From Lepidodermella squamata (lineage: Eukaryota; Animalia; Gastrotricha), in NCBI GenBank assembly GCA_047495785.1, contig JBLDXI010000030.1, positions 868,001-932,000 on the forward strand: a stretch of 64,000 nucleotides of DNA, in the 5' to 3' direction. The notes under the pieces are model-generated. The model worked only from the letters and a program-made list of their open reading frames with translations. It made no database searches and was not told the DNA's origin. A program made the translations under genes and the position numbers. This document shows, piece after piece, positions 38,883 to 48,749 of the stretch. Position 1 is the first letter of the stretch, and each line of letters begins with the position of its first letter.

Positions 38883-39153
38883 GCGCACGCTGATTGGTCA
38901 ATTTATCGTTGCTAATGACTCCGGAATGAAACATTTCCGTCGTGCGATTCACTAATAAATTATTTTGTATTTATGAAAAAATGACCTTGCCACACCCTCT
39001 GCCCGGTTTCCATTGACCACGAGCGTAAACTCCATATTAAATGTGGTAAATTGCTGCGGCAAAAAACACTTGTTGCAAAAAATCTTATGGATCGCACGAC
39101 AGAACGTATCATCCGGAGTCATAGCAACTATCGATTGACCAATCAGCGTGCGC
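38883..39153. mobile_element. MITE with ~65-bp imperfect TIRs
   Basis: gcgcacgctgattggtcaat...atgactccggaatgaaacatttccgtcgtgcgat is the inverse of atcgcacgacagaacgtatcatccggagtcat...attgaccaatcagcgtgcgc. Confidence 0.78.
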
Positions 39154-39482
39154 ATTAGATTGGACTTTTAAGTGGTCACACAATGGAAAAATAAATCATG
39201 ATGACAGTTTCCCGTCCACGATTCGCTGCCATTTTTATTTCAGAGATTTACATAACATAACATCTAACATCTTCTTTATTTCGTTTAGAGCAAAAAGACA
39301 AAAAATGAAAACCTGTACACATAACGAAATAAAATTCACTCCGGTGTACCCAGTATGGCTGAAGGATGATGGTGTTCCTCCAACCATACTGAGTGTCGGA
39401 GGAGGACCAACGTTAGTCGATCCTAAGTAAAGCCAAAATCAAAGTGTATTGAAAATGATGAAAAAATCAATATTTTTGTTCG

Positions 39483-39530
39483 AAAAATGAGCGAAATGAA
39501 TTCATTAAAAATGAGCGAAATGAATTCATT
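39483..39530. repeat. 24-bp perfect tandem duplication
   Basis: aaaaatgagcgaaatgaattcatt x2. Confidence 0.8.
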
Positions 39531-39985
39531 TCAAATTTTGTAAAGTTAATCGAAGTTAATCGAAAAGAAAAGCTTTCTATTTTGTCCTTTTTCCTTCAAA
39601 ATTATACAGTTTGGAAGGGAAGAAAATCAATTTTCCTTTGCAGATGATAATATAAGATTTCAGTATAGTATGAGACTAAGATTTGGTTTCACACAATTTT
39701 CTGCAATTTTACAGTTCTCGGAACAGTTCGTGAAAAGCGACTAATCCAATTTTTTCAGTCAGCACAAAAATTGTCAGCTGCTCGAAAATGCATGTGAAAT
39801 ATGCATTTCACTCCCGGATGTTATAGAAACCATGAACATCAGTGGTGAGAAAATTTTTGTAAAGTTTTAATAATTCATATCAACAAGAAAATGCTAATTT
39901 AGCTGTCAATTCTTCATTTCAGCGAAATAGATCAATACTGCTCTCCTTACTGCTTTTTCCTCGTTAGAAGTGCAGTCTTGCAAAT

Positions 39986-41222
39986 ATGCTGCGATCGATT
40001 CTCCTAATTTTTGCTGTCGTGATTCCTATTCGCGGCGAAGAATCCAACGATGTACCTATTTCTGAGCAGCTTAAGGCACAGTTCTCAAAATTCTGCCCAG
40101 CGATTAACTCCAAATACCTAGCCACAGAACAGGCACTCGCATCAAACTGCAGTGAACCTGTTAACGTTGATGTAAAATGGGTACTATTTCGCTTCGTGGA
40201 GATAGATGATGTCCAATGGCGATTGTCCCTGCTCGGATTGATGACTTTATCGTGGGATCTGCCCTGCCCACAACCGAACTGTACCGACCTATTACCTGCC
40301 TCGGTATGTGCTGTGATAGACCCAGAACGCCTTAGCTTCGAAATTCTGTCAACCTCACTATGGACCCCACAACTAACCCATTTGACAGCGTACGAAGAAC
40401 CAACTCGGAATCCCAAGTAAACTTGCTAAATCTCATATTTTGCCTTTATTCCAAGTTTGTGACAGAATAACAGATAAGGTTTGGATGAATCCTTTCCAGG
40501 ATATGACGTTAAACCAGGAGACAACATCGCGTTTCGACATTTCTTGCTCCACTTTCAGCTACAAGCATTTCCCCTTCGACACGCAACTCTGTTTGATAAT
40601 TTTCGAGCCTGATGAAGACACGTTGGACGTGGTGTATCGAGCAACCGAATTCAGCATCGACGCATCAGCTCGAGATTCTTTCATCTCCGAATCTGACATT
40701 TGGACTCTAGCCGGGCCTCTCGTCTACAACACGACAGCTTTAAAACAAAACTGGGGCGATTCCACGTTCAGTCGACTGACATTCGCCATGAAATTTCGCC
40801 GAAAGAGCGGGTATTACATCAGCAACATCTTCCTGCCAACGATTTGCCTCGTCATTCTTCAGATTATAAGCCTGCTTACTGAACCGTTGAGCTACGACCG
40901 GCCAGCTTTCTGCGTAACAGTTGTGCTGTCCTACGCAGTTATTCTATCCCTGATTTTTGGCATGGTGCCGAAAACATCTGAAACAATTTATTTGGTATCA
41001 ATGGTCTCTGGCAAATTTGTTACGGCAGTGTTCATCACATCGTATGCCTGCGTCAGTGGTGGATTTTCTAAATCATGGAAGAAACGTCAAGTCAAACTTG
41101 GTTCTGGCAGGGTTATTCCAATGCAGCGCTTCTGTGACTGCCTTGTAGCTATTATTTTGCTTGTTGGCGTTATTTGCAACGATATCATATTGTTTTCGTT
41201 GATGCTTTCGCCTGAAAATTAG
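39986..41222 (+). CDS. Divergent Cys-loop pLGIC subunit (LGIC-5), 2 exons; close paralog of LGIC-4
   Basis: Intron 40417-40465; Cys-loop CSTFSYKHFPFDTQLC; M2-M3 region identical in protein to LGIC-4. Confidence 0.92.
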
Positions 41223-41574
41223 AAAGGTTTAAGTGAAAAATGTACAAGCAGCGTAATTAAGGTTTCTTATTAATCAACAGAATTAATTACACTAAGGGAA
41301 CATTCTTAAGTTCACAGAGAATTCAATTGACTTCACGCTGGAAACTAGCGTTATTTTTAAAAAATAAATAAATAGCGAACATTGAAAAACCTTGCTCGGA
41401 TGCTTGCTTAGGAACCCTTTGTTATTTATTTGGGTTTTGCTCAACTTGTGTCCCTGCGATTCCGCATTCCAGCATTTTTATTGTCGCATTTCAATGCTAA
41501 ATACTAAATACGATGAAGGGAATCAAATCCTAGTGTTTTTGAACAAGTCATAATTCAGTGCCTTATGATTCCTA

Positions 41575-43113
41575 TTATTCTGATGGAGTAGTGGTAGGTG
41601 CCATCTTCGTGACAGCTCCTTTCGCAGTCAGAATTTGAGACAGCACATCTGCATTCGTTTTATCCTGAGCCAAATCAAGTGGGCCCATGCCGTCACTATT
41701 CACCGCATTTACATCCGCGCCAGCATCCACCAAAGCACTGACAAGTGCATCATCTGTAGATGACTGGCGAAGGGCAACTAGAAGTGGCGTTTCACCGGAT
41801 TTCGTCACGGCATTCACGTTAATTCCCTTCTCGATAAGATACTTGACAGACGGCAAGACATCGCTAGCGGTCCACGAGTTAACAAGGCTGTGAAGGCAAT
41901 TTTTGCCGTCTTCATCCATCGAATTCACATCAAGGCCGCCCTCTTCAATCGCGTACTTGGCGAATGGCAGGATAACCCTGCCATACTTACAGAGCACGGT
42001 GAGGTAGTTATCGCCCTTCGCATTCGTGTACTTGATATTGTCCCCAGCGGCAACGAGCGCCCGAATTACGTCAAACTTCTTATCAACATCGTCAGTAGTA
42101 GACATTGCTACGAACATTAGGGGCGTGAATCCGTTTGGATCTGGCTGAACGCTAGCTTTAGCCGCGATCAATTGAGCTAAAATATCCTTATTCAAATCCT
42201 TAGCGACATCTCCAATTAGATTCTCTCCATTGCTAGCACGAGCGTTAACATTCGCCCCCTTCGATATGAGGTAAGGAACGGCTTGAGGGTTCTGCTCGTA
42301 AAATCGGTAGAATCGCTTGAGAATCGGCTCGTAGTTTTGCATCATCACGTTGATATCAGCGCCCTTTTCGACCAACAGCTTCAGTAATTCGAAGTTCTCC
42401 ATGCAAAGCCCGATCGGATAGTCGCCGTTGCTGTTACTCTCGTTAGCACTTAGGCCCTTGTTCAGGAAAAATCTCACCATAGTTATATTGCAGGTTGCGG
42501 CGGATTTGATCATAAGCCCGGCGCCTGAGCCATCTTTTGTGTTGATTCGAGCTCCGTTTTGAAGCAAATACTCCACAATATCTAGCCTAGCAGCGCTAGT
42601 TGCGTAGAGAAGGGCGTCCATTCCGCTCTTATCTTTCGCCGTGACATTGGCTCGTTTTGATACTAAGAGCTTGATCAAATCGAATCGGGTATTAGCCGCT
42701 GCCCAGACGAGGGCTGTTCTTCTTTCGCTCAAGAACCCTGTATCGACGGCATCGACTTGAGCGCCGTTGTCGAGAAGGAGTTTCACGAGGTCGGCACTTC
42801 CGTTGAAGGCGACAGCCACTTGAAGAGCAGTTCCACCCTCGACGAGCCGCTCTTTCGCTGGCATGTAGCCGATATTTGGTGGGACTTCGGTCAGACGAGT
42901 GTCGACTGCAACTTTCTTTTGCGATAACATGGCTCGAACATCGTTGATTCGATCTTGCTTGACAGCATTTATGAAAGCCTGTAAAGGGGAGAATTATACG
43001 AAAATCAATTCAAAGGTTCCAAATCTTACATTTTGATCCGGAGTATTCGGAATCGGAGCAGAGTGTACACACTCGATGGCTGCGAGCAAAAGTAGAGCTA
43101 AAAGAAAGCCCAT
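41575..43113 (-). CDS. Ankyrin-repeat protein with N-terminal signal peptide (~495 aa), 2 exons
   Basis: Exon 1 43113-43030 MGFLLALLLLAAIECVHSAPIPNTPDQN; intron 43029-42979; exon 2 in frame with the 451-aa ORF containing ~11-12 ANK repeats (GGTALQVA, LLDNGAQVD, GETPLLVA). Confidence 0.85.
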
Positions 43114-43968
43114 GTCTGTAGGTTTGATTTATTCGAGTTTCTGTATAGAAAACTGAAGAGAAAAATCTCGTGTTCTCTTTAATATACCCAATGTAGTAGG
43201 CGTCGAGGCCATGCGGAGGTTTGCATTTGAAAAAACGCGTGTCATCATCAGCCTAAGCATTTGTTCTGTTGTAAAAATTGTATTTATAGGCGTTGGTACA
43301 TATACATCTAAGAATTATTGTATAATTTTGATGAAGCTTACTACCTGGTGATAAACACACCTGGATCACGCCGCTCATCACTTTTTGCCTCCTCATATCT
43401 ACTATCTAGCCATTGTTTTTGCTCACACGTATACTAGTAAAGGAGCCTCATGGTAGTAAGGAAATTTCTAGATTTTCCATCATTAACATTGCCGTCAGCC
43501 ATCAACCCACCAATTACAAATAGGTACTGATGAAAGCAAGTATGCTCTCATGAATAACAGGAAGACGGATTGAAACTCTTGAAAAATTAAGATGAAAATT
43601 TTAGCGTTGATAGATACACGACGGATTAGCAGATACTCGATGATCTTTGGAGAATTATGAACGGGAACGAGATTGCTGACCAAGCCTTGGTGGTTGTTTC
43701 TGAATTTTTCGAAAACTAAGGTGCCCATGTTTACTGACCTAGTTCTTGCCAGATTAAGATGTCATGAAAGCCTTTCTGTCTACGTTCAACATTGATTTTC
43801 CTTCGCGCTCAAGATTGGCGGCTATAAACATGCATGATTGTTAATCCAGTAGCATTTCGCAGGGATCGATCAGCCGGGAGCTGAGATTTAGGAGCTCATC
43901 TCACTCCGTTGTTTTATTAGGCAAATTATTTGATTCTCTATAAACCTCCAAATTCTCAGTCATTCGTA

Positions 43969-45135
43969 ATGCTTCTAAAAGGCTTCATGCTATTGGTAGT
44001 TTGTTTGCTTTTTCGATCTGCTGCAGCTGAACTATCGATAGCCGACCAGTTGAAGACGAATTACTTCAATTACTGTCCTTCTGCTAATTCGAGTTCTCTC
44101 CCAACCGATCACGCTGTTCTTGCCCGCAATGCTGAGCCGCTACAAGTCGACGTTTCCCTGACCTTGTACCGTTTCGTCGAGATAAATGACGTGCAACAGC
44201 GGCTGTCACTTGTATACCTTATTTACTACGCATGGCCTATACCATGCGCCGTGCCTAACTGTACAGATCTTATGCCTAGCTCAGTTTGTTCTATCTCAGA
44301 CTTGGGAAGATTGAGCTTTCAAATGCCAGTCGGCAGCATTTGGACACCTGAGATATCTCAGTTGACAGCATACGATACACCGAATATCCGGCCTCGATGG
44401 GATGATAAAATTTGGTTTTTCCCATTCACCAGCAACGTAATTATAAAATTCACATTCAGCCGATTCGATACGTCTTGCACATCGTTCAGCTATCGGCGAT
44501 TCCCATTTGACACGCAGACATGCGTAATAATATTCGAGCCATACGAGATTTCAGATGCGGTCATCTATCGACCCACTAGTTTCAGCATTGATATATCTGT
44601 CAAGGACACCTTCATTTCAGAAACCGATATATGGACGCTGGTAGAACCCCTGACTTACAACTATACGATATCCAGCCAGATGGGGGGATCCGAGGCATAT
44701 AGCCATCTAGTATATACGATCAAATTTCGTCGAAAAAGTGGCTACTACGTCTGCAATGTTTTCGTCCCGACAATAGCTCTATTCATCCTTCAGATAATCT
44801 GCTTGATCGCCGAACCAATCAAAAACGATCGAGCTGCGTTCTGCGTGACTGTTGTGTTGTCTTATGCTGTTATTCTCACTCTGATTTTTGGCATGATGCC
44901 AACAACTTCTGACTACGTGTTTCTAGTCTATATGGTTGCGGCCAAGTTTATAGCATCTGTTATCATAACGTCATACGCTTGCCTGAGTGCAGGATTTTCA
45001 AAAGAATTTCGACAACGAACTGTCAAGCGATATAACATTCCCATGCATAGATTTATTGACTACTTCATAGCAGTAATTTCGGTTGCCGTAATTGTCAGCT
45101 TAGATGTTACATTTTTCGCTCTAATGTTGGCCTGA
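43969..45135 (+). CDS. Divergent Cys-loop pLGIC subunit (LGIC-6), intronless
   Basis: ATG 43969 (MLLKGFMLL signal peptide); Cys-loop CTSFSYRRFPFDTQTC; M2 DRAAFCVTVVL. Confidence 0.93.
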   Translation: MLLKGFMLLVVCLLFRSAAAELSIADQLKTNYFNYCPSANSSSLPTDHAVLARNAEPLQVDVSLTLYRFVEINDVQQRLSLVYLIYYAWPIPCAVPNCTDLMPSSVCSISDLGRLSFQMPVGSIWTPEISQLTAYDTPNIRPRWDDKIWFFPFTSNVIIKFTFSRFDTSCTSFSYRRFPFDTQTCVIIFEPYEISDAVIYRPTSFSIDISVKDTFISETDIWTLVEPLTYNYTISSQMGGSEAYSHLVYTIKFRRKSGYYVCNVFVPTIALFILQIICLIAEPIKNDRAAFCVTVVLSYAVILTLIFGMMPTTSDYVFLVYMVAAKFIASVIITSYACLSAGFSKEFRQRTVKRYNIPMHRFIDYFIAVISVAVIVSLDVTFFALMLA

Positions 45136-45325
45136 GTGATTCTACTTGCCTGTTCCTTTCTTCTCATTCATTTTGATCTATCTTACTGAAACGCTGAAGA
45201 AAATTCTAATAAATCTATCTTAAAATTTGAATAAATTTACTAATTAATTCAGAGAGGAAAAGAAGCAGTTTGAGAAACACAGAGGTATCACCGAGGCCTT
45301 TAAGTAAGCACTAGACTTACTTTAA

Positions 45326-47698
45326 TTAATCATTGAAGTTCGTCGTTCGTCTGTTTATATTCGAAATCTTTTTCGTACGAATTCCGTATGCAACTATACT
45401 CGAAGTTGTTGTCGAGTATACAAGCCCACCGTAAGCCATGATGCTCTGCTGCAATGTCGTTTGCGTTGACGGCACTATGAACGACGCCACAACTACGCAG
45501 GCGAATATGAACATCGAGTTGACGACGCAGAGCCGAGCCGTCATAAATTCAGCATTCATCCCACGGGGCGGCAACATTCGTCGAACCTTGTACGAAAACA
45601 TAGATCCTAGGATCAATATAAAACCGTGAATAGCTAAGAATGCAGCGAGCCAATTTTCTTGTCCTTCAGAGTCGCAAAACGCTGTACCAATGTCGTAATA
45701 CAAATCCTGCAGAGGGTCGTAGACAACTTTGGAAACCCCCAAGCCAACCTTCATCGGGGATGCGATGAGCCACGAGGTTAGAATTAAAAGGTTGAGAAAT
45801 AGGAAAATCGTTGTTCCCCACGTGATAAACACGTTTGGTCGCCATTTTAAGACAACTCTGTGATAGGAGTTAGAGGTAAGTCCAAATGCGTCTGGATGTA
45901 TTTGCACGGACCCTCCCTTACTGTCATAATAGGATACGCATCTTTTAGGGCTCACTCTACCCAAGTCGCCGCGTGAATAACGAGCGTGCTGAGTTACGCG
46001 GCGCAAGGCACTGTTCTCCCCGGACAGCTCAATCATTAAAATTCTTGAGAAGGAGTTGCCGTTCATTAGAGACACGCCAATTATAGCGAATGCGATTCTT
46101 GAATCGCACAGGGCAGCGCTTGGGCTTTCACTAAAGTTTAAAGACCCTGATAGCACGCAAGCGACGTTGACTGCGAAAGCCCCTATGAATATGAGAAAAT
46201 TTGCGATCTTGTCATTAAAACCTCCACTAATGCTTTTCCCATTGATGAAAACGAATACAAACTGGACAAGGGTCGCTGCGATTGCTAGACCAAGAACAAC
46301 GGAGAACGAAGCGATAGGGTACGTGTAGTATCTTCGAACAACTGTTGAGAGGTCTTTCGGCGGGTTCTTCGACCGTGTGTTCCACTCGATCGCATTCACT
46401 TGTTGGATTTGCATTTGATCACCGAAAAACTCCATTCGGTGAGTCAGTTTCAAACTGTCGTTATTGAATTGAGCTACCCAAAATGGCTCCGAGTCGTATT
46501 CTAGCCGTTTCGAATAGCTGATCCGTCCTGTTCTTATGCCTCGGAAATCAGTTGCGGCGGCGCTTGAATTCACAACTCGACTCACCAATTCTGGATTAGC
46601 CAAGAAATCTCGTATAGTTGAGCTGAAATTCGAGTTCAATCGACGTTCAGCCTTGTCGATAGCAAGAATCGCTGCCATCACTCCATCGTGACAGGTATGT
46701 CTTAGGGCATAATCGAGGTAACGGCTTTGATTCGTAGCAACATCAAGAGCCATGTCGAATTCTCGAAAATCATAGCCAAGATCTGATTTGCCGCTTGGAA
46801 CTACAGCACTGTAGAAAGATCCGACCCAATATACAATTTTGAACTGCTCGAAAAATACTGCGGCTGGGCAGCCAGCGAGGGAAACGGAATTTGGATGGAA
46901 ATAGGATAGTGATGGTAGAGCGATGGCGAAATTCGACCCTGCAATACCGGCTCTATAAGCCATGCACAAAAATTTCGAGATCATCACAATGTTGACAGTA
47001 AGAAACATGACTACCCTGGAGTTCGAATCTAAGACCTCCCGTAGGAGTTCATTATCTATGTCCATCACCGCTGCGAACATGGTGAATCGCAGTCCGATGT
47101 TGATGCCTTCGACATAAAAAGCTTGGGAAGATATTACTTCATTTTGGTTTGCCGAGTTCGTAATAAGAGCAACTTCGCGCCACAAACCAACATTGCGTGC
47201 GAAGTAGGCGCCGGATGAGATCATTCTCTGATTGGGTGCTACAACCTTGTAAAGATTAGGAAAGTTCTTTCGATCTGCGGTAAACAATGGACCGTAACAG
47301 CCATACGAAAATTGAACCATGTTGAGCTCTCGAATAATCCTACTCGTTGACTGGCAATTTACAGCTGTTCCTATGACAACTGGTGAGAGGTAGATTCCAG
47401 ATGCCCTGAAAGCTTCAGAATTTCTCATGTAGCCGTCGTAGAACTGAAGGAATTGTTTCGGGGCATCATTTGTGTTAGGTCCTTCATTCACAATGCTAAG
47501 ATCAATGTGATAATCGGGTAGGTAATCGGTTTGATTGTTAAAAAGATCGACTGTTAGCTTTATAGCAGCAGCACAAGTTCGGCCGTCCATTGTTTCTGGG
47601 GCTGGTCGGAATGCCAGCAATTTAAGGAAATAAGGTTTTCTAAGCTGGGCATATGATGCACATAACAGGAGGAAAGCAAGTTTCAGAAGTATCTTCAT
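45326..47698 (-). CDS. Divergent class C GPCR, GABA-B receptor-like, intronless
   Basis: Signal peptide; Venus-flytrap-like region (AAIKLTVDLFNNQTDYLPDYHIDL; DRKNFPNLYK); W...PPKD linker with no cysteine-rich domain; 7 TM helices. Confidence 0.82.
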   Translation of the reverse strand: MKILLKLAFLLLCASYAQLRKPYFLKLLAFRPAPETMDGRTCAAAIKLTVDLFNNQTDYLPDYHIDLSIVNEGPNTNDAPKQFLQFYDGYMRNSEAFRASGIYLSPVVIGTAVNCQSTSRIIRELNMVQFSYGCYGPLFTADRKNFPNLYKVVAPNQRMISSGAYFARNVGLWREVALITNSANQNEVISSQAFYVEGINIGLRFTMFAAVMDIDNELLREVLDSNSRVVMFLTVNIVMISKFLCMAYRAGIAGSNFAIALPSLSYFHPNSVSLAGCPAAVFFEQFKIVYWVGSFYSAVVPSGKSDLGYDFREFDMALDVATNQSRYLDYALRHTCHDGVMAAILAIDKAERRLNSNFSSTIRDFLANPELVSRVVNSSAAATDFRGIRTGRISYSKRLEYDSEPFWVAQFNNDSLKLTHRMEFFGDQMQIQQVNAIEWNTRSKNPPKDLSTVVRRYYTYPIASFSVVLGLAIAATLVQFVFVFINGKSISGGFNDKIANFLIFIGAFAVNVACVLSGSLNFSESPSAALCDSRIAFAIIGVSLMNGNSFSRILMIELSGENSALRRVTQHARYSRGDLGRVSPKRCVSYYDSKGGSVQIHPDAFGLTSNSYHRVVLKWRPNVFITWGTTIFLFLNLLILTSWLIASPMKVGLGVSKVVYDPLQDLYYDIGTAFCDSEGQENWLAAFLAIHGFILILGSMFSYKVRRMLPPRGMNAEFMTARLCVVNSMFIFACVVVASFIVPSTQTTLQQSIMAYGGLVYSTTTSSIVAYGIRTKKISNINRRTTNFND

Positions 47699-48749
47699 TT
47701 TAATGAAGATTATTGAAGTAAAATTGACTAGGGTGAAATTTGATATGAGTCAAGATATCACGAGTTGACAGACGCATCTAGTTTCTCCTCTCCGGCGGGA
47801 TTTATTTTAGCCATCCGAACATCAGAAAAGCACAAGATTTCACTTTCTGATGCGTGAATAAAAGCGAGAAGATAGCAATCCATAATTGCAACAAATCGCT
47901 GAAATTTAGTGCTGGAATATATTATGCACAAATTTTGACCCCTTATTATAATTCTAATTAATTGATAAAAGTTATGATGTTTTGCTTCTAATAACTTCTA
48001 ATCTATATGAGCTAACTCATAGCCATAAAACTGTCAAAGCTCAAAGCTATGTCACCAACATGTGTGTCATTATGATCGATTTCATGTTGAAATAACCACT
48101 TGATTAGCTGTTAGCTGAGTTTGATCTTTGCCGCAGTCGGACTCTCATTAACACACATCCTGCCGCTGTGATGTTCTATCGTTTTGTTTGATTTAAAGTA
48201 TCTGAGCATGAACCCTCAAAATAAGAAACATTCCATTTTGTTTTAATAGAAAATTTATTCTGTAGGCAAAGTTGAATCAAACTGATTCTTATTGCTGATA
48301 ATCAAATCAAGCGCAAAATTAATTATTGAAAATTATTTAATTGCATCGTGTTGTATTATCAAGTAGCGATTTAATAAAAGTATCAACGTTACTTCTCCAT
48401 GTTGGCTAGCTAGCTAACTAGGTTAAAACTAAGGATTTCCACGCCCATTTACCTGGCACGATGCTCCGCGCTTGATGAAAAGCCTCGAAACATTTGATTG
48501 GCAGATTTGTTGTCTTTTAATATCCTGTTAACATTTTCAATATTCTTCAACTCTTGAAGGTTGCAGTTATGATGTTAGACTGCATCGAAGCAGTGAAAAC
48601 ATGGAGCTGATAGCAACTAGGTAGTGGGTTGGCGAAAAAGTTGCGCAAGGCAAATAAAGCCGCGAAATTAAATTTCTTTGCTCGCGTAACCGCATAAAAA
48701 TCCTTGTCAGTGCTGCGGTCCATAGTCCTGTGGAGAAAGGTGGAATAAA

